A stretch of 62,242 bases of DNA, the filler included, from Choristocarpus tenellus KU-1152 (taxonomy: Eukaryota > Protista > Phaeophyceae), in the NCBI GenBank assembly GCA_964200185.2. It is 10 parts of 10 records of this genome, joined end to end, with 100 filler letters (N's around TTAATTAATTAA, not from the genome) between each part and the next. Parts side by side here need not be neighbours in the genome. Positions count along the whole stretch, not along the records: positions 41,687 to 54,161 come from CAXNAD020001822.1; positions 54,262 to 59,249 come from CAXNAD020012266.1; positions 59,350 to 62,242 come from CAXNAD020023859.1; 7 more parts are not named here. One strand, written 5' to 3'. This document shows, piece after piece, positions 51,373 to 62,242 of this stretch (the stretch's first letter is position 1; every line of letters begins with the position of its first letter). The notes under the pieces were generated by a model. That model was given only the letters and a program-made list of their open reading frames with translations, was not told the DNA's origin and searched no databases. The translations under genes and the position numbers were made by a program.

Positions 51373-53054
51373 ACAGCCATGGACCTCCTTGACAGTCTCC
51401 CTCTTCTCCATCTCATGGCGCCACGCTTGCCTTGCCATGGATGGAGGGCATTCAGTGTGTCATAAGAGCTAAGGAACTTACATCCTTCAACAGAGTTCAC
51501 TCTCCCCATCACCTTGGCACGATCAGTCAGGCCATCACTCACGGTGGTAGCAGAGACGCAGATCAAGCCAATTATGGGGGTGTAGAAGATGGAGCAATCG
51601 TTTTTCACAGGTTCTATCGCATATCCCTATAATATATTGTGCTTGTTGGACTGTGGGAGTTTGTGCAAGAGACTAGCTGTTTTGAAACGGGGACAGTTTC
51701 AGAGGAGGTGACAAAGTTTGTAGACTACTTGCCCAGAACATTTTTAATGGCTTGGAGATGTTGGGGGGATGAGAAGGACCCCTTGACATAAAGGGAGGGC
51801 CCTGACAGGCAACCCCATGTGGCTTCAAGCTCTTAGAGAACATCGCTACCCCCGTAGACAATCACAATACGAGTGGATCCCGACCAAAATGCAGTGCAGG
51901 ATGTGGGAGAGGATTGTTGAGGCAACCAAGAAATATCTTGATGGAGGACCTTCCCCGTGGTGGGTGCAGCTCCAGCAGCAGCAAACACAGGGATCACCTA
52001 TCACCCACAGGATGAGGATGACACTATCCCACACCAACATATTGAGAAGTTTGTGTGGAGCAAGTTGGATCAACACAGGGAGGGTCCTGTCCTCAAGTAC
52101 TCTTTTTTGCACCTGGCACTGCAGAGTGCAAAGACACCCTTTGAGTGATGCCTCAACTGTTGGACCGTAGTATCCTAGAGAGGGGTGCCGTTGAGTGTAA
52201 GGGACATGTACGATAGCCCTCTGGTACATATGCTCCTAGCTAGCACTCTGGAGGACAATTTCGCGCTTGTGTGGACAATGAACCTCCATCTCTCGTCTTC
52301 TATTACCACAACCTCTTGATGAGGGCTAACTGCATTTCAGGCATGGGATGGGGGTGTCAGGCAGAAGATTTTATATGCCGCTCATAATCAAAAAGGCCTA
52401 AGCCCAAGAGATAGTAAGGTGCAGAGATCTATCTCTTCCTCTCAGCTGTGGACGCCAGAAAGTTAACAGGCCTCAAGTCACCATGGTGAAGATGAACATT
52501 TGAGCGCTTCAAACTGAGTGTGTGTTTCGCTATCTTTCTCTCTCTACTTGATATTTATCTGTGCCCTTCTGTCTTTTCCCTCTCACAAATACAAACACGG
52601 TCGTCCTTTTGACCTAACTGCAGGCAGGAGAAGAATTATGACATTCCACGTGACATATGCTTGTTGTGTTGTTGTAGCTGTGATCAGTGCGTGCTCTTGG
52701 CAACTATTCGGAGCAAGGTCAAATGTCATATACTCTTCGGGGCATTATACATTGAATTGCTGAAATACTAGTCTGATCTCTTTGTGTCCAAACAACTTCA
52801 GTAGTTCAATCCGTTGCTGTAAGGAAATAAGCAAAATGGGGTGGCTAATTGAGCAGTACCTTACTTACGACTGTGAGAGGAACCGACAACTATGTGAAAG
52901 TTTCGACCCATACCGTCAGCGGTATATATATATATGTATCATAATACCGTTTTCATCTTAGCGTATATTATCAGTGACACTCTCCAGTGTCTTGTAAAAT
53001 TCGGAGACCCATCACGAACGGGATCTCTCCACTTTTACTACGTTGGAAGGGTTG

Positions 53055-53132
53055 ACATGATCTGATCCGATCTGATCTAACCTGACCTGACCTGACCTGA
53101 CCTGACCTGACCTGACCTGAACTGAACTGACT
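53055..53132. repeat. Pentanucleotide microsatellite (tgacc/tgatc/tgaac)
   Basis: Directly visible in the sequence. Confidence 0.85.
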
Positions 53133-54099
53133 GTTAAAATCGTTGGGCTGTATTTATCTTCAGTGGTGCCTCCTTTTTTTGGTTTCAAATGCTAACACTC
53201 TTACTAAGGTTGCTGCTACTAATGCTCTTGAGAGGTATCGCAGGGGAGGTTCTACGGATGACGGGATTCAATGACCCTTCCTTGGCGTAACTCCAACTCC
53301 ACCCCAACTACACTTCGCGCATGCCCACAAACAAACACAAAGAGATTGGTCGCCCTATTTTACCGGACAAGCAAGAAAAAAAAATGAAAGATATGTATGT
53401 GTTGAGTGTACAAACAACACTGTGTATAAAGGGGGGGTGTTATTGTTTAAGGGCCAGTACGACTGCCTCTTGGCACGTGTGTTTTGACCACTGCGGATAG
53501 CGTGTTTCAGCTCACAGGGTGTCCTTGGTCGATACAATCTTCTAGCAATGCCCTCCCTAAGGCGGTTGGTTCACTGTATTGCATCCACAGGCATGGCGAA
53601 TGTTGCCCCGAGGTTCGAAAAAGCCATATCGAAACTCAAAAACGATAAAGGAAACAACCTTCCCTTCTTGGACGGTTTGCTCTCCACAACAAGAAAAGTA
53701 GTGCCGATTGCTTGGTCAAACAAAAATGGTTGTTTTTATCTTTTTCTTTTTTTCCTTTTTTAACACTTTTTTTTTAAATCCTGAAAGTAGTTGTGTCTGC
53801 ACCTACATTCTGCATTGGAAAAGAAAGTAGATACGCTTGTAGTAAAGAACAGTGCTCTGTCATCCCGTTTGTGCATTGCTTGTTTTTTATTTGTTCAGGT
53901 GGTTTGTTTATTTTTGCACGGTTGGAATGTATCCCTTAGTAGAGATTACATATTTTCCGTGTTTTGAGTTGGTTCCAACCCTCGAAATGACACTAAGAAT
54001 TGTCCTCTCCCACCCCCACCCCCACCCCCCCTTATTTTAAAGATAAAACTAATTGTTATGTACGCAGCTACAAACTCTCTCCCTTCATCTCCCCCCTCC

Positions 54100-54150
<51 letters not shown>

Positions 54151-54459
54151 CCTCCACTTCCNNNNNNNNNNNNNNNNNNNNNNNNNNNNNNNNNNNNNNN
54201 NNNNNTTAATTAATTAANNNNNNNNNNNNNNNNNNNNNNNNNNNNNNNNNNNNNNNNNNNNGCTCACACAACGATCAACCACAGATTATCGCATTAAATC
54301 CCCTCGCTATGCTTCCCCGTCAAAACCATCCGTGCAAAGACACCCGTAGACACCCATCAAAAGTACACCACAAGATAGACCACAATACACACACTGTGCC
54401 CACAGATTACCCCTTCACATACCCCCCCCCTCCCCAGACTCCCTAAGACACGAACCAAC

Positions 54460-55880
54460 CTTGCTAAATCTTGCTTTGTCTCGGACCGCCAGCTCCTGCA
54501 TCCTTGCCAATGTCGTAGGTATCCTTTCTGACGACACCACTTCACCCCTTGCATCTGCCCCCATCTTCAAACCTGCTGGTGAATCAGCAACAATGGCACC
54601 TGTCGCTACCGCAGTTGGAGTCACCTCCCCCCCTCCCCCTCTAGACCCACCACCCCTCGTGCCTGGCATACTTTTGCCATTTACTGCTCCACCAATGCGA
54701 GACACCAGCCCTGCACCGAATGCCAACGCCTTTCCAGGCTCACGAGGTCGGAGCAATGTCTCAGCCCTGGAACGCCCTGCAGCGGCTGCTGCAGCTGCAG
54801 CAGCCGCTGATCCAGATCCGGCAGGGCGGGCAGCAGGGCGGGCACGGAAGCGTCCCCTTGGAGTGGGTGCAGGACGGGGGCGTTTGAAGACCCGGGCAGC
54901 AGAGGCATCTGCAGGTTCAAGTCCTCGCTTGGCTCTAGCCTTGTCAAGGAGCGGCTTGTGCCCAAACACCTTTAGAGTGAGTGTTGGACCGTGAAAAGGG
55001 TTAGGGTTTAGGAATGCAGAGAGCAGGAACACACAATGGGGCTTTGACGTAGTCGTGGTCGGGTGGGGAGGGGAATTGTCTAGGTAGATTTTCATTTCAT
55101 GCTTCCAAAAGCAGAAAATGTATCCTGCCATCTAGCCTTGGTGTGTGTTTGTGTGTGACTGAACACTCTTCCACATCGGTGCTGTTAAGAAACTTAAAAG
55201 GACAAACTTTGAATGAAAGTGAATGGCGTCTACTCTAATATCCATCCTGTGGCATCGGAGAGTCCAAGACCCCACCCAACAGAACCAGAGCATATCATGT
55301 GCCATTCACAGTCAGATTCACAAAAAAGTACATCAAAAAGTACATCAGCTACGCCTGTGTGAACTTTTGTCTACAACCAAAACACATGTCTGCCCCGACT
55401 AGGATTCAAGCAGCAACATCAGGCTTCCTTGGTCCCCCCATTACAACTTAAACGACAAACGCTCTCATTCATGCACACAGAGTCTCGTCAAGCCTTCAAT
55501 CAAATTTGGCAAAGAATTTTCCTAGAATATATATCCCGACAGAACACAACCCCAAAACAAAAAAAGCTTAAAAAAAATAAACTTGGCTTCCAGTATGCCT
55601 CACCCTGCCCCCTTCCTCTCCTCTCCTCTCCTCTTTTCTCCCCTCTTCCCCAAACTCTCACCTTCTCCATCTCCATCCTCTCTGTCCTCCACAGCAATCC
55701 CCCCATCACCCCCTCATCCGACATAATCGCTGATAGTCGCTCCCTGTCCAAACACGCGCCCCCCTCCAGCCAGGCGTTCTTACCAAGCCTCAATTCCTCC
55801 CAAAGAGCCACACCTCCCACACCATCCCCCCCTCCACCTATACCCCCAGGGCCTCTCCCCGCCTTGTCACAGTGATTCCA
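54460..55880 (-). CDS. Probable exons of an unknown low-complexity protein
   Basis: GC-rich phase-0 exon 54969-54460 (VFGHKPLLDKARAKRG...RDKARFSK, aag|...|gttgg), and an upstream exon ending at 55662 (...ERMEMEK|gtgag). Confidence 0.5.
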
Positions 55881-58530
55881 CACAAAACAAACACGGACCA
55901 GTGAACAAGTCAAAGAGGACATGGTCGGTGAGGTGAACATTGATTAAGGATAGACAAGGAGTCTAACACAAATCCTGATGTTAGTAAAACTCAAATAAGT
56001 CACGACATACCCGAACGAACGAGGGGGTAGGGCATGTTGTTCGAATGAGTGTACTCTATTGGTGGAAATGTTGCTCTTCGAACCGTGTCCCGTACTCCCT
56101 GGAATCCTACTACAATTATCGTTGAACCACTATTAATCGCTTTGAATTACATATTGAAGTATCATACAACAGCATCGCTTCGAACACATCGTTCAGGTAA
56201 GGCAGGGGGGAAGGGGTCTTTGCGAACATAAGTCATTTACAGTCGCCTTTGAGTGTGTTCCATAGTTATGGAGGCTTTTCTTTCCTGTATAGAGCTATGG
56301 ATATTGAACGAGGAGAGGGTGGGATGACACAGGGCATTAACTCTAGCCAATCCAAGCACAAAATAATAGCTAGTGGAGTAGGTAATGTACAGCCAAAGAG
56401 TCTCTGCTGCGCACCCAGCATGTGTTAGGTGTTAGGAGAGGAGATAAAAGCCTGTTCAGTCTTGGGACCCAAGGAATAACTCTGGTACCAAGGGCCACAA
56501 AAGTGGGGTGCACAGTAGTCATATATACATAGTCAACAAACTCGACCATGAACCATTTCCTCGATTCAACAAGGATTCAAGGAGTGCAGCCGCTTGAGGG
56601 GGCACAAAGAACACCCTACCCCCAAGCCCAAGCCATGAGGTGATGTCACGGGTGGGTTGAAAAAGAAGACATGTATCTCAAGGGTGCTATGCTAAAAGCA
56701 GACTCGCATATGGTATAAAGCTACCACTATACTGTGATTGTACACATGACATACTTATGCCTGCACATCATACCGCACAACAACACAACACTCCCCCCAA
56801 CAGCACCCTAACCCTAGTTATTTGATTTCGATCAAAACACAAACAAACAAGCCCATTCACCGGGAGGAATCCCAGATTCGCTCCCAAGAAAACCCACAAT
56901 ACATGACATTAACCACCTTGGTACGCCATGAAAACAAGCTGAACAATCCATCCCATAGATGCATCACCCCTGCAAGAGCACGAATGAGGCCTACCGCCTT
57001 ACAATATTTGAATGGAAAAAAACAACACACGGCAACTGAAAAACAAAACAGCCTCAAATGAATAACAAAACAAACATTGCAAGAAGTCAATCAGACCAAC
57101 ATCACTCATTTTAAAACCCCCCAACCAAAATCACAACCAAAACCAAAACCAAAATCAAAATCAAAATCAAAACCTCAAGAGTACTTACAACAATTTCACG
57201 TGCGTGTGAGAGACCCTCGACGCTTCGTGTCATGTTGCTGTTACGCACAACAGTAGTGCGTTTTCAACAGAGTTTCAACTTGGTTGGCGATTCGGTATGA
57301 CTAGGAAAAAAAAAAAGAAAGACCTTGACGGTAAATGCCGAAATCCCCTCATAGAGTATATACCGTTCAGGTTAAAACGTCATACCGCCATACCGCTCTC
57401 CACCGACTGCAGATGTCCAACACAGAAGAAAATGAGAAAAAAGTTCCAGTAATTACTTGCGGGGGGTCAGCCTACGAAAAATCCAAAACTTCTATTTCCA
57501 ACCCCAATCCACCACACGCATCAAACATACTACAAAAACAGAGTCTTGATCCACATCGCTATAAAAAAATAAATAAAGATATCCTCAAACTCTCTCCATA
57601 GTACCCTGATTCAACTTCTTCACCACGTAGTACAAGACTACGAGATCCCCCACTTGTGTGCCCCCAAGTTGCCCCTCTTCCACCACTGGCCATGTCCAAC
57701 TGAAATCTTGATCCCCCCCCTATACCTGCCAAGTTGCAATCAACTTTCTTGCACCGGAGTTAAACCACTCCTCTGCTGTCCCTCTCCCCCCAGCGCCATC
57801 CTCTTCGCCCTCTCCAGCACCTCGACTGGCAGGGTTCCTTCCTGGTGTTGTTCCCCTCACCTACAGCAACACACACAATAGTAGTGGTGCATATCGTATC
57901 AACCAACCGCACAAAGGATTCCTTCATCAACACCTACATGCAGAGGACACTACTACAGACATGTGGCTGCGTATTTGTTGCCTTGTCAGTATACTGCCAG
58001 TATATTGGTCATACAGGAAACATCCCGCTGTGTCTAGTACATCAGTATCAGTATAACAGTCCAACTAAAGTACCAATCAATCATCAATCAAGTGCTGTAC
58101 ACAAGTCCTATTCTGCATGCTCCCACATGGGAAGACAGACAGTCGTGATATGTCGATACCTCTTCAAATTCGTCTCTTCCCTCCTCCGCAGGTACTAGTA
58201 GTACAATCAAAGGCATACTCCCCCTGTTGCAATTCCTTCCTCTATTAATGCACCTACATTGCACCCATTAACTTCTCCGAAACAATAGTAGCTATTCCTC
58301 ACCCTGGGCTCTGACTAGAATTAGTTGACAGAAAGTTTGAGAACGAGCTTTGCCTGCTTCAGAGATGAGAAAGATTGCAGCATGACCCCCCTTCGTTTGA
58401 CAGAACTGAACTGACTCCCCCCACTCCCCCGTCATCCACCCCCCCCCCCNNNNNNNNNNAAAGAGACCTTTCTTACATACAGAAAAAAAAAAAAAAAAAA
58501 AACACCCCCCCTAACTTCGCACAAAAAAAC

Positions 58531-58565
<35 letters not shown>

Positions 58566-58787
58566 AGAAAAAATACATCTCATAACACAGAAAAAAAGTG
58601 GGAAAACAATCCCAACGACTCAAAAAGAGCAACACAAAAAACACATGTTCAAATCACCACACACTCTTCTGCAAGGCAGCTCTACACAAACTAATACACC
58701 TGTCATCCCACACCTAATCAACAAGAAAGCACACGCACAACTGCCTGTAACCCTAACCCTACATTAATATAAATGCACACATAGAAT

Positions 58788-59081
58788 GAGTGAAAGTATC
58801 TTAGAGGGTACGGGTTTTGCTCTGTCAGTTTGGGGCTTGGCTTCCCATGTTTTTTTTTTATGACACTTCACCTACTCCGAAATGTTTCGGAGTAGGTGAA
58901 ATGCATACATTTTGGAGTAGGAAAAAGGTATACCTTATGAAAAGGTGCGTCAGTAACAAGGATATTGACACTTCCTTACAAACACGGCAGCCAAAATTAT
59001 ATCAAAATCGCAAAATCGCAACATTGGATCTTGGCCCCCAAACGGACGCGGCTCTACCCTAAACCTAAGATACTTTGACTC
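58788..59081 (+). mobile_element. MITE family A copy with internal duplications and a telomere-like insertion
   Basis: Family TIRs, TSD AAT, and an extra aaac at 59061-59064. Confidence 0.9.
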
Positions 59082-60134
59082 AATAACAATAACAATAGTA
59101 GTAATAATAGTAATAATGGTAATGTTCAGGGACAAAGTACAACGACCTCAATCCCTTAACAAATCCATCCTTGCAATAGTCTGTAATCCACATAAGCCTC
59201 CAGCAAGAACAACCCAAAACAAACAAACCACACCAAAAAAAAAAAAAAANNNNNNNNNNNNNNNNNNNNNNNNNNNNNNNNNNNNNNNNNNNNTTAATTA
59301 ATTAANNNNNNNNNNNNNNNNNNNNNNNNNNNNNNNNNNNNNNNNNNNNTGGGGGGTCCATACTCCAAGTCTAGCATCTGCCCTTGACCAAGTCCAGATG
59401 GAGACCCTGGAGCGGGTAAAGATCACCACAGTGAAGAAGATCCCAGGCAGGCTTCGCATCGCCCATGCAATCGCTCTCATGCACAAAGTGGATCTCCTGA
59501 CACACGAGGTACCTGCCCCAAGGCTGGAAGGGGGGACACCAACAATAGGGGTTATCAGAGCATCCAAACTCTTCCACATGATCTCAGGCCTCTTACTGGT
59601 CAATGATGGGAAGTTCTCGAGGGAGGAAAATTTTGCCCGGGTGGCTTTAGGGAACATCCAAGAGCTAGTTGCATGGCTACTAGAACGATCCCATAGGACC
59701 AACAGACGTAGGGAGGCCCCTGGAGAGGACCCCAAGTCCCGCCAGGAACGCGCTGCAGCTCTGGGTCACCACCATGGAGGAATTTCCAAGGGAGCGAGCG
59801 TGCTCCTAGCGCAACCCAGAGCCCCAGGGACGGAGGAGACTTTCAATATACTGGTCCCTAAACACCCAAGTGAGAACCAAGATGAGCTTAGGCAGACCAT
59901 CACGCACGCAAAAGACAGGGTACAAGGAAATGCAAGATTTGGGGAACAAAAGTGCTGCCCTCCTGAAGGGAGTAAACCCCCACCTCCCTTCGAAAAGCCT
60001 TCATGAGGGCTAACAGCAACTCGGCACTAGGCCCAGACGGGATACGCCCAAGCTACATCAGATCAGCCATCACGATAGACTTTGATGACGAGGAAGTGGC
60101 AGAGGCCTTTGAAAGCCTAATGAGCTAGCCTACA

Positions 60135-60294
60135 GAGCCAAAGTATCTTAGAAGGTAGAGCCGCGTCCATTTGGGGGTCAAAATGCAATGTTGTCATTTT
60201 GATGTAATTTTGGTCATAAAAAAACCCATGGGAAGCCAATCACCACAAATGGACAAACAGGGAAAAACTCGTACCCTCTAAGATAGTTTCACTC
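60135..60294 (-). mobile_element. MITE family A copy, internally deleted (160 bp)
   Basis: Both TIRs are present, with flanks taca/tacg. Confidence 0.85.
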
Positions 60295-61817
60295 TACGCC
60301 TCCCCAGACTCCCTACCCCTAGAGTTCTGGACACTCCACACCAACTCCAGACTGTCCACAATCGGGGAGAAGTGTCGCCCGGTTGCATGCGGGTCTTTTT
60401 TCAGGAGGGCATGTGTTTCAGCTTTCTGCGCAGACTGGCGCCCCTACCTTGAGGAATTTTTCGGGGGAGTAGGACAATTCGGTGTAGGGGTCCCAAATGG
60501 CATTGAACATGCACTCCTGCATATCTGCCTAAGGAAAGAGTGTGGAGAACGGGTCATCAGTCTGGACGGAAGGAATGCTTTCAACAGCGTACGTCACTCA
60601 TCCTTCATCCAGCCCCTCCCAGAGACCCTAACAGGACTCCTACCTTATGTATCTCTAAGGTATATGGGAATACAAGGAATCTTCTTATCCCCCTAGATGA
60701 GGGAGGGGCGAAGATTCTACCATCGACATCTGGGGCCCAACAGGGAGACCCACTGTACCCTCTCTTATATTGCAGGCAACACACAACGCCTTGCAACAGG
60801 TGCAGTCAGTCTTCGGACCCCAAGGGGTTTCCTCCCAGAGCTATCTGGACGACACATCCATTTCTGCGAGGGAGATCAATCCTACCACGATAGCTGCTTT
60901 CGAGCAGTTGAAAACTAATCTCCGCGAGGTAGGCATCAATCTAAACATGGATAAGACATTTGCCGCACCCCCCAAGGGCCACCAACCCACACCCTCGGAA
61001 CTAGAGCTCCTCTCTACACTGGGAATCAACCTAGCCCCGAACCCCAGTAGTTTTGTCACTCTAGGGGCTCCAGTAGGAACAGATGACTTCATTCGAGCTC
61101 ACATGGCGGAGGTGACCGAGAGCTCTGGGACACGAGCTTTAGCCACACACCTCAGCGAGATGGAGGACAAGCAGGTGGCATGGCTCCTCAACTCCTGGTC
61201 CCTCTCCTCCCGGCTAGGCTATCTTGTGAGGGTCACTCCCCCCCTCCTGGCATGCTCCACCATGGAGCAAGCAGATAAGACCTCCCTATGGGCACTAGAG
61301 AGGATAATGGAGATAGCCGACTCGACAGAGGCGACGATTTTCTTGAGGGAGGGTGCAACAATAGGTCTCTCCGCCTAGAGACCCACCAACACGTACAGGC
61401 ACAGATGCCTACAACTGCGGGGGTCTAGGTCTCTCCTCTATGAAACGCCGCCAACATGCGGATTTCGTAGGATCACTGGTGGCTACTCTCCCCACCCTCC
61501 TAGCAAGGCAGCAAGGGCCTCATGGCGAGTCCTTCTCACAGGCTGTATGTACGAGCCCTAAAATACAGGCCTTAGGATTGTCCATTCACACCCTCCTTTC
61601 TACAGGTGTCCCCTCAGAAAACCTTTCGGAAATCACTGGCCAAGACTGGGTAACCTCGGGGGGAACAGCACCCCCTGCACCTGCTCCAGAGGTACATATC
61701 CTATCTACCCATGACGCCGGGATCACAAGGAGGGCTCAACACGAAATCGCACACCTCCTCAACAGGATTCGTTTCGACTCCTTCAGGACATAACTGGCCG
61801 GCATTCCAAATGAGGCA

Positions 61818-62076
61818 GTGTCAAAGTCTCTTAGAGTTTAGAGCCGCATCCATTTGGGGGCCAAATTCCAATATTGCAATTTTGATGTAATTTTGGCTAT
61901 CATGTTAGTTAGGAGATGTTAATATCCTTGTTCCAGACACTCCTTTTCATAACGTATACATTTTACCTGCTCCGAAACATTTTGGATTAGGTAAGATATC
62001 ATTTTGAACCCGTGGGAAGCCAAGCCCCAAATGGACAAACAGGGCTAAGCTCATACCCTCTAAGATACTTTCACTC
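61818..62076 (-). mobile_element. MITE family A copy
   Basis: Both TIRs are present, TSD GCA, inserted in the CRE element. Confidence 0.9.
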
Positions 62077-62242
62077 GCACACCAAGGGAGGGAAAGCTCC
62101 TCATTAGCCCTAGTGCAACACCGGAGCCAGTGTGGTCAAGGGGCAAACGCCTGGGCCTCGACTCAACCTCTGGAACCAGTATGCCAGATCCCCCCTCTAG
62201 AATTCAAGCTCACAAGCAACAGATCCCGAGGGAGGGAGGAGG

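Larger units (their letters stand above)
59350..62242 (+). mobile_element. Decayed CRE-clade non-LTR retrotransposon (RT)
   Basis: ALGPDG, KCRPVACG, QFGVGVPNG, DGRNAFNS, SGAQQGDPLYPLLY, SYLDD, GINLNMDK, LGAPVG and GGLGL-like motifs, with frameshifts and two MITE insertions. Confidence 0.85.

Noticed and set aside
1-62242. Operon-like linkage among sulfotransferase, cathepsin, CNOT9 and SECISBP2
   Set aside because: The genes lie on different, artificially concatenated contigs.

Overview
Eukaryotic draft-assembly window made of ten unrelated contigs joined by artificial 100-nt spacers (44 N + TTAATTAATTAA + 44 N), so gene order across gaps is meaningless. GT-AG introns of 0.2-3.5 kb, TTAGGG repeats, a SECISBP2-like exon and the gene content suggest a stramenopile, probably a brown alga (inference). 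Host genes: a 10-exon PAPS-dependent sulfotransferase (minus strand, 1695-14982, reconstructed by eye with consistent intron phases), four exons of a cathepsin B homologue lacking its catalytic Cys, an intronless CNOT9/Rcd1 paired head-to-head with a Pro-rich gene, one SECISBP2 L7Ae exon, and exons of an unknown gene. The rest is TE debris: a DD39D mariner split by a solo LTR, a chromodomain Gypsy, LINE remnants, a hAT remnant, a CRE-like non-LTR element, and a decayed ParB plus possible DNA methyltransferase region. Two signals stand out. (1) Dozens of very short telomeric (TTAGGG)1-5 insertions are concentrated in host introns. There are filled-versus-empty sites and a duplication-junction signature suggesting telomerase-templated repair, and several repeats form 5' splice sites. 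(2) A group of MITE families shares G(A/G)GTCAAAGTA termini with sequence-independent 3-4 bp target-site duplications. All counts are by eye.
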